A stretch of DNA of 64,000 nucleotides, taken from positions 3,906,001 through 3,970,000 of the forward strand of contig NC_087251.1 of assembly GCF_037042905.1 (NCBI RefSeq). Reading direction: 5' to 3'. Made by a program: the position numbers and the translations under genes. Below, one piece after another: positions 53,501 to 64,000 of the stretch. Within the stretch, counting starts at the first letter, position 1; each line of letters opens with the position of its first letter. Source of the DNA: Lytechinus pictus. Lineage: Eukaryota. The notes under the pieces are model-generated. The model was not told the origin of the DNA. It did no database searches and worked only from the letters and a program-made list of their open reading frames with translations.

Positions 53501-56500
53501 AAAGCTTCGCATATTTTCCGCTCGCATTGATCTGCTACAATGAGCCGCAATTTTGTTGAAAAGCGGCCGCAGAGCGCTGTCCGACCATCGCCTCTGCGCT
53601 GGCGCATCCGGCGCCCGTGCCGTTGGGCTAGCTGCATGCACGTTCCATACAGTCAGTCCGCAAGCCCTGAAAAAGTAGCTTCTTTTATCCAAGTGATATT
53701 CATGACTAGAGGGTTTTTGCAAAACACCTCTTTTTATTCGGCCATTGCTGCTCTAAATATTGACCAAATTTCATGTTTTTGGTATCTTTGTAAAGAAGAA
53801 GAATCATTCTTTTAGGTCATGTGTTTGGATTTTTAAAAGAATGTTGTAATATAGGAAAAACTTTTGATCTAAAACATGAAACAAAATATTTTTTTTCATG
53901 CAACAAAAGTTGCTGTTTTCACACTTAATTTCTGTTTGGGCACAAATGATTTTTAGATCATGATAAAGCTGAAGATCTAAGCTTTAATATGATATAATTT
54001 TTATAAGAAGATGTATTTTAGATGGGTCAGCAGCCAGCTTTTCATAGGCCAAGTACATTTTGCAGCTCAGAAACTAGAATACTGCGCTCTGATTGGTCAT
54101 AGACCACACACCCACGCAAATTCCAATGTTCCCCACACTGGACCTCTGCACGGTCACACTCACCATGTGGTAATCTCTTCAAATTGCCCGCGCCTGTTTG
54201 TTTTGAAAACAGTATTCAGCCAATCAGAACTCTGGATTTTATGTTACTCAGAAATTTCAGAAATCTCGTCTTGCATCTTGATGGAAAAAGCTGGCTGCTG
54301 ACCCATCTAAAAGATGCCACATATCAAGAGTGACATTGTAAGAAAGTATAGAGTTTGAGCTTTCTGATGATATAAATAATGTTGGTGCCTAAAACACAAA
54401 ATGTTGCACAATTTGCAAGTGAAAACAGAGGAAGAAAATTCTGTTTGATGCATCTTTTCAGGTAAAAAATTCACTTATTTATCAAAATATTTCATTCAAA
54501 AGAAATAACCAATATAAAAGAGTAACATTTACTCTTGCCCATGGTACAAAAATAATTAATATTACTCAAGGAGAAAGTGGTTAAATTCTTTGAGAAAGAA
54601 AGTCTCACAATTCACGAGATTTTGCAGGGACATGAATTCAGCCACGAGAGGACTTGGATAAATCTTGCTCATTTGCTCATTAACACAGGGGCTTGCGGAC
54701 TGACTGCATAGGGATGCATACGCACTCACACGCAAGCGACCTGTTCCAAGGACCCCCATTTTCACAAACATTTGTAGTTCCGAAGCCCGTTCCGAGGACC
54801 CTCCTTTTTACAATAAGCCTGCTCCAAGGCCCCCGTTTTTTGTCTCGCCAGCGGCACATACCTACTACTTTTTTGGTCGAGTACCCCCCCCTGTGCTACA
54901 TGTATTACACTGGCTTCTGGCTTGCCTGCATATAATTCACAAACTTTCTCTACTCCTTGGAGAGCATTCCGACAAGAGTTTCCAAACTAAATTGCTAGGC
55001 ATTGGCTTTTGCATCATACCAGGTACCCATTTCAAGATTATAAAAAGTCAGATTTTTCTCTTTTTATCCAGATCAACTTTTTGGGGTTGACTTCCCTTTT
55101 ATACACTCTTGAAATAATGAAGAAAATACTCTTATCAAAGTTACTTTATGTGATATGTTTTTACAACTGCGTAGCCAGGATTTCATTTTGGAGGGGGTGG
55201 TAAATGCACGCGAAGCGTGCCAACACTTACAGAGCACGCGAAGCGCGCTCCCTAGGGTTGGGTGCAGGGAGGGTGAGTTTCCCCCTCCCGCGCGAAGCTT
55301 TCACCGTCTCTCTTGTCTCTAGTACCTATATCAGCTCCCTATCAGTTGACTATATTGTGATTTTGAACTTTGTTTTTAAAAGTGATTGTGAACGCACAAA
55401 AAGGGATAAAATGGAGGAAATTAAAATAAAATTTACCCTGCGCAAAGCGCGGAAGCTACAGCATTTTATCAAGTTTTTTTCTAAAGAAAAGGGTATTCCC
55501 TAAGTTATACTATATACTGAATGCTTCCCATGGAAAGATCAGATTTTATTACAAACAATTTAGTGACAGTGCATATTTTTAACTCGCAAAACAAGAAGGG
55601 TATATGCCGGAAGATATTCCTCCCCGTGCAGAGCAATTAAACTCTGAAATTTCAAAGGGCGGACGTTTCATCAAATGCAGAGATCTCTACCCCATCGGCT
55701 CTAATTCAATTGATTTTCTAAGATTATTAAACTTCATTACAAGGAAAATAGTACGCAATTATATAAATTATATAAAAAAGGATGATGTATAATTTCTTTG
55801 ACATATCCTGAAGTGCTTAATTTTGAATGATTAAGAAATCTAAGTGTCATTCAAAATTTCAAACTGAGGGCGCAAAACAGCACAGGAGATGAATGTGCAG
55901 GGAAATTTTAATAGAATTTGGTTTTAAAATGTTGTACTTTTTTTATCTAATACAACACAAATTTTATACCTTCCTCTTTTTAAATTAGGAACCTGTTTGC
56001 CCCCAATGATGGTTGTTTAGTAGGGTAGACCAGGGTTAGTTGGAACGCGGCGTAAGTTGAAACATTGTAATTTTCTTTAACGTCTTTAAATAAATTTCTG
56101 CAATACTGCCCTCAATTATCAACAGCCATCCACCATATTACAGACAAAACATGTGCAACAAGCCTGGTGAAGTTAGAAAAGAATTTTTGTTTTTTGACCT
56201 TCTGAGTAATTTTTTTCTCTTTCAGAAATGTTTTATTATTTCAGAGAAGTTTATTAATCAATGTAAGCTTATAAACGTCAAATGGGCCTCCGGGGTTAGT
56301 TGGAACAAAATTGAAGGGGCTAGTTGGAACATGTTCCAACTTATCCTAAACATAATTATGAATAAAAATATATAAAGTATTTCACACTCTTCTGAACATG
56401 TATTGTATACCATGCTTGTTTTGTTTATCAGTTCGGTCTGAGTGTGCATTTAAGGCTTACTGTAGGCCCCTAAAAAGGCCCTAATGCAATATTTTAACCC

Positions 56501-59500
56501 TTATCAAACTGGGGGGGATCAATTTGAGCCCCCCCCCCCTCGAGAAATTTGGTCACTACGCCGTTGCGCGAATTTTATTTACTACACTGTTCGCTTACTT
56601 GTTACTTTCAAGTCTTGCGCATCATTTAACACCAAATTTGCGATGCCTGTGTGCGCGGTTTCGAAATTACGCAACATTTTGTACGTGCATGTCGGACCCA
56701 AAATTGCTCAAAAACGTGATTTGATGTACAAGGTCAATGCAAATTGTGTTTTTCAACCAAAAGTCATAAATGTATGACTATTTTTTACTTTTGTTGGTTC
56801 AAATAGATTTATTTTATGCTATTTATGATCGCAAAAGAGTCCCGACAAAGTTCATTGGAAAAAACAAAGGTTCGAAAAAACAAAGAAATACAAAAAAAAA
56901 AAAAAATAAGAAATTATATTTTTTGCAATTTTTGTTGGATATTTGTTATGTGAAAATTGATACTCTCACCAAAAATTAGCATTCTACTAGCTTAATAAAT
57001 AGAGTTAAAGGCACAAACATACCAAAAAAAAACAAATTTAGGGCAAATTTCATATGCTTATTTGCATAATTAATGAAAAAATATAAACAATTAATTTTTG
57101 TCTAGTAAATTTGATGCAGAAGTACATGAAATTGCTGAAAGTACACTTAATTGCATGTAAAATCAAACGCACCCAAATATGCGGAATTCTACTACACAGT
57201 CTGCTTGCGTGAGTGGCTGTATAATAGAAAACATAAAGTTCAACAAATCCACACTTCAAATAAATAATGCAAATAGGCTAAAACCATGTAATATTACAGT
57301 TTTAAGTAGTTTTAGTATAATTCTTAATTGACCATGCAGTGTTCCAACTTACCCCATACCATGTTCCAATTTACCCCGTATTGGGGTAAGTTGGAACGTT
57401 TGCGATGGTCTTTTTCAAGGTGGATTTTTTTCAGTAACCATAATAGAGTTAAAAATTTTATGGGGTACATTTGAAGACCTTAGATATATGCTTCAAGCTG
57501 ATATATTGATTGTTTCTCGAATAAAATCTATTTGGATTTTACAGCAATTTTTGTCAAAAATGTTCCAACTAACCCCGGTCTCCCCTACTGAGCTGAAGAG
57601 TGGGAGAAGTTGCCTATATGGAGGTGACAGCAGATATTGATATAAAGATTTTACCCGCCCGGAGTCAACCTGACCAGAAGTTGCGCGATCAATTTGAAAA
57701 AAAAAAAAACTTCATATACTTCGGCCTCTTATTCCATGCCCTACATGTAATGTATACATTTAACCCTAATCGGCAAGAAACACATAGCTGAGGTGGAAAA
57801 ACAGGGTTAGGGAAACAAAGGAGAATTGTAATTTTGTTATTTAACCGCGCACAGCGCGGAAGCAAAATTCATATATATAAATTTAGAGCAAGAGTGAATG
57901 AGTTTCTCTTTCGAGAAAAAGAAAAACCCACAAAGCTACCTTTCTTCCCTTTCCTCCATTCGCTTCTCCTCTCTTTTTTCTTTTTTTTTTCTTTTTGGGG
58001 ACGTTTTGGGAGGGGCGAACGCCCCCCCCCCTGGCTACGTGCCTGTGTTTTTACATGATACTACATCTGATATGGCAATCAGTCGCTGCCTACATAAGTT
58101 AACACTCCCGTCTTTCTCAAGTAGGTTTGTTTCAATTGATGAATGTCGGGTGGTAGTTTTTCATACAAAGAAATCTGCACCGGCTTAAAAGGAAACAAGA
58201 AAGCAAGATTTGAGGGTATACATGTAGTTAGTAGTGGCTTTGCACCACATACTAGCTATAGTCTTGCCGTATCACTTTCACAGGCACTTTTTTGTAGGTG
58301 TGAGCCCCGGCCCGGGGGGGGGGGGGCTCTTCCATTGATGAGTGGATACCATGCGTAAAAAACAAGTAAAAATGATCTCTTTTTCAAAATAGGGCACGTT
58401 TCGTACGTAACATAAGGGTGCCAAAAACCCTAAAATAATGAAACAAGGGTGTCGCTAAGGCTAGACAGCTGGCAGCTGTCTGTTTCGAGGAGTTTTTAAA
58501 CTTTTTTTATATTTCTCCTCGTACACAGACGGCTCGCTATCGTGCAGCCACCATTAGGGGGTTACCGGTTAACAATGCAAAATTTCCCAGACGAGGCTCA
58601 TCGATTTATGTCTTTATTTCATAAAAATATATAAAAAGAACTGTACCAAAATAAAGATTGTTATTCCATTATGGCCTGAAATGCACCAAAACGGGGAAAA
58701 ATAAACTCAAAAGGGGAAAAAACAGTGATTTACTTCGGCTATCGCGCAACTTCACTTCCCTGTTTTATCCGAACTTAATACATAAACATATGGCCATTGG
58801 GTCACTGTACAGATTGAGCTAGAACTTCGGTCTCTGTATTACTATTTGGTGAGTGGAGTCAACATAGTTCAGCGGAACAACCAACATAACAGAGACCAAA
58901 GCTTTTGGTCTACGCAAAGGCGAGCACATAATACGCCCTCCTGAAAGGTGGAAAATTGAGTTATTGGTCAAGCAAGAAAAGTGGAAGGTGGCCACTTTCC
59001 CTTTGACCATCTGACCTCAAAATCAAAAGAATTGCTGAGATCCATGCTAGTATCATACACACCAAATTATATGAGCCTAGATTAAGTTTAAACTAAAGTT
59101 ATCGCGTTTACAAGGACTTCAGAAGGGTACGATGAAAACATGTCAGTGTGACCTTGACCTTTGACCTTTTGATCTAAAAATCAATCAGTCAGACGGCAGG
59201 TCCCAAGAAAGTGGCTTCTTTCATCCAAGTGATATTCATGACTTGAGATGTTTTGCATATTTAATGAGCTTGATGCGGACCAAAACACCTCTTTTCATTC
59301 GGTCATTGCTGCTCTAATTGTGCATCGAATTTCATGAATTTGGTATCATTGTAAAGAAGAAGAATCATTCTTTCAGGTCATGTGTTTGAATTTATTCAAA
59401 GATTTTGTAACATAGGTTAAAATTTTGATCTAAAATATGCTACAAAACAATTATTTTCACCTGACAAAAGCTGCTATTTTCACACTTTATTTTTGTTTGA

Positions 59501-62500
59501 GCCCTAATGATTTTTAAATCATGATAAAGCTGAATATGTATGCTTTAAAATGATATAGGTTTCAAAATAAGAATTGGTTTAATCGGGTCAAGATCACACT
59601 TTTCATTTGCCAAGTACATAAAGCAGCTTGAAAACAAGAATACTGCACTCTGATTGGTCAAAGAGACCACACACTGCCAAATTCCAACAGTTTCAGTGCC
59701 TGGGTTCATGGGAAGGTCACACTTCCCATGTGGTAATCTCCTCAAATACCCCGCGCCTGTTGTTCTGTGAACCTTATCCAGCCAATCAGAACTCTGGATT
59801 TCATGCAAGTACAAAATTTCAGAAATCTCGTCTTGTACCTTGGTGGGAAAAGTGTGATCTTGACCCGATTAAAAGGTGCCGCATATCAAGAGTGGCATTG
59901 TGGGAAAGTACAGAAGTTTAGCTTTATGGTGATATAGATATCATTGAGTCTCAAAATAAAAAGTTTTGCACAATTTGCAAAAGAAAACAGAGAAAGAAAA
60001 TTCAATTTTGAGGCACATTTTCAGGCCAGAAATTTACTTATTTAACAATATATTGTATACAAAATAAATGACCAATATGAAAGAGTAACATTTACTCTAT
60101 CTGATGGTGCAACAATATTTCATTTAACTTGAGGTTAAAACAGGTAAATTCTTAGAGAAAGAAAATCTCACAAATCACGAGATTTTGCAAGGAGGATTCA
60201 GCCACGAGATGATTTGGATGAATCTGGCCTTTTTGCTCATTAGCATAGGGACCTGCGGTCTGACTGCAATAGGCTTCCTGGGATCCATGCTAGTACCATA
60301 GTGATGTTATTAAGAGTCTCTAGGGTGTCTGGAGAAAAAAGTTAGGCCTATATTTCTTTTATGAAGAAAATATCACATTTTCTCTGTGAATTTGAATAGA
60401 AATAACTTTCAGACTGACAGAAATGTAAAATTTTATGGAAAAAAATCCAATAATGGCTGCAAAAAAGAAGAATAAAATCAGGTCAATTTTCAGCATTTTC
60501 CTGCCATAGACTGTGTAGTTAAGAAATAGACACACACAAATCCAAATTTTCATCATCATCATCTGCTGTAATCTTCAAAGGGCTCTGCAGCCTATCTCAA
60601 AGATGCACCAAAATTTGTAGCTCCCCAATCTACCCCAGTCCTGTGTCTCCCTTGTTTTGCACGGTCGACTCCTGGGCAAAGTGGGCCGGAGCTCCCTGGG
60701 TTAGACAATCAGCGCCTAACAGGGGTCGGTGGCCAGGGGGGGGCAAGAGCCAAAAATTTCCCGATCATATCATGGTATGAACAGGCGCATAATGGTGTAA
60801 TGAGGCGACAATTTTGAGAGAGCCACATATTGCGTATCGGGCAGAATTTATCTTTTAAACAAAAGTTGCGGGCGAGCAAAAATGTTGACATTTTTAATAC
60901 AAAAATCAAATTTTGTGATATCCAGAGAATAATATATTTCTCCCTTTTCTCTTTCCATTCCTTTTTTGTGGTCTGTACGTCACTGTAAACAGGATTCTTT
61001 GCGGCAGGAGCGTGAATAGTAAAACAAAAAAAAAGAGGGGCGCAGTATGGTGCATGCGCTAAAAAAGCTGCTTCATATAAGTCCCGAGCGAGCGAAGCGA
61101 GCAAGAAAAAATCACCTTTTCATGAGAATCTAACTTTGAGATATGTTTTGACATTATATTCAGTAAAAAATCATATCCTACACTTTTCCTTTGCTTTCCT
61201 TTCCTCCTTGTTTTTTGTTCTTGGTTGTAGAACTTTTAAGGGCCATGGCCCAACGCTACCATACTCATATATACGACAGTGCTATGTGGTTGGGGTCCAG
61301 GGCAGAGCCCCCGGAACTTGATATCCAAGCCATTTAAATCTCGCAGATTGCCGCTATTTTAATCAATACAGAATATAGCTTTTATACAACACATTCTCAC
61401 ATAGATGAAGAGCCCCTACTGCGTGGGGTCTGGGGCAAAGCCCCGGTAGCTTATTTGCATAAAATTTAGCAAGCTAATAGTACAATGTTGTATGCAGTCT
61501 ATCTTTTTTCCCGCTCTTTATTTTTAATCCTCGGCAGCCCGGTCGTGTTATGAAGTTTGTTTTTTTCTTGTCCCTTTTCTTTAATTGTTTTCCAATTTAG
61601 CTTTTGACTAATTCTATTTTAACTTCATTTCCCGCTATTGTTTGCCATTTTGTCATCTTTTAATTTATTTCCCATCATGCTATTGCATTACAGAGGCTTA
61701 TTACGGAATGATTTGTTCTTTTTCAAATGTTCTTCTTTCGTTCCTTTTCCCGCTTTCCTCCCTTCTTTTTCTGTTTAAAATTTTTTTTATCGTTTTCTTT
61801 TCACTTTTATCTTACCTTTTCCGCTTTCCTTCCCCTTTCCCTTTTTTTCTCCCTCCCTTTTCTCTTTTTCCCATTAAAAAAAATATTTTCCCGGTGAAAT
61901 CCGCCGGGGGGGGGGGGGCTGCTTGCCCCCCCCCCCCCCCCCCGCCTGTTACGCCACTGAGCTGATGGCAATCTCAACAGTCAACACACAAATAAGGGTT
62001 TGCAATTTATCTCTAAATCCTTATTTGAAATGATCATAATAGATTAAACTTGTCCTTACTGTCAAAAGAAGTCCCTGAATTTTCTCTTTAAATACATCCC
62101 AAACAGTCATTAGTTAGAAATCAATTCAGATCACATTTTTTTAGCAGCCTGAATTTTCTGAAAAAATGTGTCATATTTTCCCCCTTATTGGCCTTAATCA
62201 GCCTGTTTTATGCTGACACTTTTCACTCAGTGTGGCTTCAGACACCCTATTAAGACAGTTCTGAAACTAATTATATCAGCATAATCAAAACTTCTGTTAT
62301 AATTACTAATCATGCTATTTTTTGCCTTGCAAAGACGGGGCAGGCTCGTCATCATTAGATTAGTCATCAGCTCAACACAGCCACAGGCAAACACATCGCG
62401 ACATTCGCTTTATATAGTAACGTTGCAGCCTGTGCAGGCGCAGCACGCAGACAGACAGCTGATCAAGCCAGGTTTTTGTTTTGTTTACCTCTCCTCCGGG

Positions 62501-62715
62501 TGCGGGTCAGTCTCCGACTCGGTGGAACTTTTGCTTGATGAATGACTGAAATCCCCATTCTCCAAACATCTTTCACATGTAAACGGCCTTCTTGCAGTGA
62601 AACACAATGGGCACTTCTCAAATGCAATACACATCCCTCCAATACCAAAATGAGGAATAAAACGTCCATTTTCGTCGTCCGGAAAATTTTCTTCGCCGTC
62701 TATGTAAGTCGCCAT
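38201..62715 (-). CDS. ATG14: Beclin 1-associated autophagy-related key regulator (ATG14/Barkor), 524 aa, 11 coding exons
   Basis: complement(join(38201..38561,38952..39037,42018..42108,44802..44958,45501..45733,46526..46658,47482..47580,48420..48501,51422..51464,52933..52995,62489..62715)) = 1575 nt; all introns GT-AG with matching phases. Motifs: N-terminal CPLC...TCERC cysteine repeats followed by GDF; coiled coil; VFPITE; ALAEARRTSYVRGRWV; ISAALCY-like VSAALCYTAQL; LCFSQ; TLRNL; C-terminal BATS helix GGLVSSAVASVASLWR. Confidence 0.96.
38952..39037 (-). CDS. ATG14: ATG14 exon 10
   Basis: 86 nt, AIPPDKLHPHYTLRNLITMVDSKHQHYG; TAG/GTAAGT. Confidence 0.93.
39127..39908. mobile_element. piggyBac-like MITE
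   Basis: TTAA at 39123-39126 and 39909-39912; CC.../...GGG termini with a shared AACTGGG; partial second copy from 56498. Confidence 0.8.
39913..41368. mobile_element. Kolobok-like element, family A copy 3
   Basis: TTAA on both sides (39909-39912 and 41369-41372); interrupted by 40449-41303. Confidence 0.88.
40449..41303. mobile_element. 4-bp-TSD DNA element (Sola2-like GGG termini) nested in A3
   Basis: TIR GGGTCATTCCAT....ATTCACCCAGT 23/27; TSD CATT at 40445-40448 and 41304-41307; host continuity matches copy A1. Confidence 0.85.
42018..42108 (-). CDS. ATG14: ATG14 exon 9
   Basis: 91 nt, SRFCKSELSLREFSSAVEKLNSSVLFLCFSQ; AAG/GTAAGA. Confidence 0.93.
42374..42446 (-). mobile_element. L2-type LINE/SINE 3' tail
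   Basis: Minus strand reads TGTAAAGCGCTTAGAG...AAGCGCTATATAAATG...(TAT)n. Confidence 0.7.
42568..44668 (-). mobile_element. HINE (Helentron-type) family D copy 1
   Basis: subTIR GTCTCACCTGC / GCAGGTGAGAC with terminal hairpin; about seven 152-193 bp tandem units rich in TGACCT; A-rich flanks; no TSD. Confidence 0.82.
42833..43601 (-). mobile_element. Internally deleted hAT-like element, 6-bp TSD, with a frameshifted transposase N-terminus
   Basis: Perfect 13-bp TIR CAGGCATGAGAAT; TSD AAAATG at 42827-42832 and 43602-43607; ORF from 43293 continues across frameshifts into a C2H2-type zinc finger. Confidence 0.82.
44802..44958 (-). CDS. ATG14: ATG14 exon 8
   Basis: 157 nt, ...NPGHQVSAALCYTAQLIAHLANTLDVPL; TAG/GTAAGA. 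Confidence 0.93.
45501..45733 (-). CDS. ATG14: ATG14 exon 7
   Basis: 233 nt, ...ALAEARRTSYVRGRWV...VPANGDYSAY; CAG/GTAAGT. Confidence 0.95.
45983..46152 (-). mobile_element. 5'-truncated Deu/Nin-domain SINE
   Basis: Minus strand reads AAGAACCCACTGCACTATTCGA...AAGAGTAGGGGG...CCCCGGTG, with an (AAT)n tail. Confidence 0.7.
46526..46658 (-). CDS. ATG14: ATG14 exon 6
   Basis: 133 nt, EHIRTNID...LLHYVFPITEIQH; CAG/GTAAGT. Confidence 0.92.
47482..47580 (-). CDS. ATG14: ATG14 exon 5
   Basis: 99 nt, DKQSLIKHLDELRAVKAKREEHNKKVLKIQKYL; CAG/GTAAAA. Confidence 0.85.
47938..48228 (+). mobile_element. Full-length tRNA-derived SINE (Meta-like core, L2-like tail)
   Basis: A box TGGCCCAGTGG 47949-47959; B box GGTTCGAACCC 47993-48003; CAACCCAGGTG..AATGGGTACC core; AAGCGC...GCGCTATA tail; TSD AACTTCT at 47931-47937 and 48229-48235. 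Confidence 0.88.
48420..48501 (-). CDS. ATG14: ATG14 exon 4
   Basis: 82 nt, QWEVSLMKGRLEWTRMAIQDERIMMEK; CAG/GTAGGT. Confidence 0.88.
48545..50874 (-). mobile_element. HINE family D copy 2
   Basis: Same termini as D1 (G variant GTCTCGCCTGC); interrupted by 48602-50038. Confidence 0.82.
48602..50038. mobile_element. hAT-like MITE, 8-bp TSD, nested in D2
   Basis: CAGGCGCGTAGCCAGG / CCTGGCTATGCGGTTG; TSD TGGCAGCA at 48594-48601 and 50039-50046. Confidence 0.88.
51422..51464 (-). CDS. ATG14: ATG14 exon 3
   Basis: 43 nt, KLANRLKERNSVADK; TTCTAG/GTATGT. Confidence 0.85.
51777..52579 (-). mobile_element. HINE family D copy 3
   Basis: Same termini as D1; four tandem units; uninterrupted. Confidence 0.8.
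52933..52995 (-). CDS. ATG14: ATG14 exon 2
   Basis: 63 nt, RYCEKLDRLLRLRSERDRLLS; TTGCAG/GTAAGT. Confidence 0.9.
53314..54895. mobile_element. Poly-G/poly-C-ended DNA element, 8-bp TSD
   Basis: TSD CTACATGT at 53306-53313 and 54896-54903; internal inverted GTATGTGCCGC. Confidence 0.8.
53650..54706. mobile_element. 4-bp-TSD DNA element, family E copy 1
   Basis: Perfect 18-bp TIR CAGTCAGTCCGCAAGCCC; TSD CATA at 53646-53649 and 54707-54710. Confidence 0.9.
55164..58045. mobile_element. hAT-like MITE (inverted relative of 48602-50038) with nested insertions
   Basis: TSD TGTTTTTA at 55156-55163 and 58046-58053; body matches the reverse complement of 48602-50038. Confidence 0.88.
56020..57588. 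mobile_element. TIR element (possibly Tc1/pogo-like) nested in the hAT MITE, itself holding a truncated piggyBac-like MITE from 56498
   Basis: TIR GTAGGG(T/G)AGACC(A/G)GGGTTAGTTGGAAC 25/27; internal GGGGTTAGTTGGAAC repeats; TSD unclear. Confidence 0.75.
59186..60266. mobile_element. 4-bp-TSD DNA element, family E copy 2
   Basis: TIR CAGTCAGAC(G/C)GCAGGTCCC; TSD CAAT at 59182-59185 and 60267-60270; colinear with E1; a left-end fragment lies at 63154-63212. Confidence 0.9.
62489..62715 (-). CDS. ATG14: ATG14 exon 1
   Basis: MATYIDG...EKCPLCFTARRPFTCERCLENGDF...PEE; donor GTAAAC, phase 2. Confidence 0.93.
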
Positions 62716-63650
62716 CTTTAACGCTAATTTATCACAATCAAATGACACTTTAAAAAAATTAAAACAAAATTTAAAATTAATGTTTCCTTTGAGGAGCATT
62801 TAAGTAGTTTTAAATATTAAAAAAATAATATTATCATTACATAGGATATTATTTAAACCTATATTTGTGTATTATGATACCGGTATTTTGACAATTGTAA
62901 AACTTGGCAACGCATGAGGCGACGAGCTGTTCTTGATCACAAACTTCAGTTATGGCAGATGATGTCATTATGCACTAACACGGTAATTCGCTGTAAACAT
63001 GGCCTTATATGGATCAGCGAATAAAAATTATTCCAGAGTATACCGGTCTGCCGAAAAGTAGTTAATTAGATTTTATCCAGTGTTCATGGACTTCACTTTT
63101 TTTTAGAGGGGGGGGGGGGGGGTGGATTGGTTAAAAGATCTAGTTAAAGAACTCAGTCAGTCGGCAAGCCCTCAAAAAGTAGCTTCTTTTAAAGTGATAT
63201 TCATGACTAGAGCTATAGTAGTCACACTGGCGTAAATCGATCCCGGGAGGGGGGGGGGATGGGGGAATATATCCCCCCCCCCACTTTTCGAGGAGGGGGG
63301 ATGGCCTGTACAAACATCCCCCCCCCCACACTTTTTACGAAAGAAATGAAAAAAAAATCACAAGAGATAATTGTTTTATTGGTGAAAACTCTTCCTAAAA
63401 TACCGCTTAACAAATAAAACAATAAAATGCAAATAAAGAGCCAGTTCACCATTTCCAAACAAAATACTTATGTCCTTATTATAACATTGAAGACAAACCC
63501 CGTTTCTTCCAATTCATCAATGTAGGGTCTTTGGGAAGGGATTAAGATGGAATGTCAAAAAAATATGAATGTAATCTCTAATAAAACCATTATAGACCAT
63601 CAGGGTAAACAAGATAATAATATTGGAGGGGTATTTGCCATATGGACATA

Positions 63651-64000
63651 CAGTGGCGTAACTACGGGGGGCATGGGGGGCACATCCCCCCATCGGCTGA
63701 CCAAAAAAAAAAAAATACGGGGAAAGGGGGAAAAGAGGGAGAAAGGAAGAAAAATATAGTGAAAGAAGAAAATATTATTCATTATAATATATTATATCAT
63801 AATTATGTTATGTTACATTACATAAGAAGCATTTTTATCATAACTTTATGATTTGCCCAGGGCCTACGTCTTCATTAATTGTTCCTGGTGCTCGCACTGT
63901 CTGTTTAACGAGATATATAATCCTGTTGTACTAAAACATCCCGTTTTCAAGTCAATACAAACCAAATATATTTCCTAGCACTTGAGTTATCATTGTTTTA
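63651..64000. mobile_element. hAT-like MITE of the 3679 family, running off the window end
   Basis: CAGTGGCGTAACTACG start; shares blocks TTCCTGGTGCTCGCA and TTTTCAAGTCAATA with 3679-4930. Confidence 0.8.

Noticed and set aside
58081-58190. Candidate ATG14 exon 2 behind a good acceptor (TTTCCTTTTAAG)
   Set aside because: Stop codon in the required frame; 52933-52995 fits by phase and sequence.
60710-61959. Single hAT MITE between CAGCGCCTAACAGG and CCTGTTACGCCACTG
   Set aside because: The termini match only loosely and there is no TSD; probably fragments of several elements.

Overview
AT-rich animal genomic DNA, almost certainly sea urchin (late-class H2B/H2A histone genes with the CAAGAAAGA downstream element typical of sea urchin histone genes), with one assembly gap (13140-13315). 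I could assemble five genes by hand, with splice phases that join in frame. (1) An orphan two-exon gene on the minus strand (CDS 8312-7548, 254 aa). It is very acidic and Trp-rich, has a Cys/His cluster, and has a textbook TATA+Inr promoter. (2) An 8-exon secreted proteinase K/aqualysin-type S8A subtilase on the plus strand (11900-23175, 424 aa) with an intact D/H/S triad. (3) A late H2B (26858-27229) and (4) a late H2A (29567-29941), in tandem, each with a stem-loop and downstream element. (5) An 11-exon ATG14/Barkor gene on the minus strand (62715-38201, 524 aa). The rest is dense, often nested, non-autonomous mobile DNA: hAT-like (8-bp and 6-bp TSD), Kolobok-like and piggyBac-like (TTAA), Harbinger-like (TAA), 4-bp-TSD elements, Helentron-type HINEs, tRNA-derived and Deu/Nin SINEs, and LINE remnants. 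Most worth follow-up: the orphan gene; a 4-bp-TSD transposon family whose internal 27-bp inverted repeats differ at 9/26 positions between copies yet are perfect within each copy; a Penelope-type minimal hammerhead motif upstream of H2B; and S1-pocket Gly-to-Ser changes in the protease. All family assignments come from recognition of motifs and TIR/TSD signatures, not database searches.
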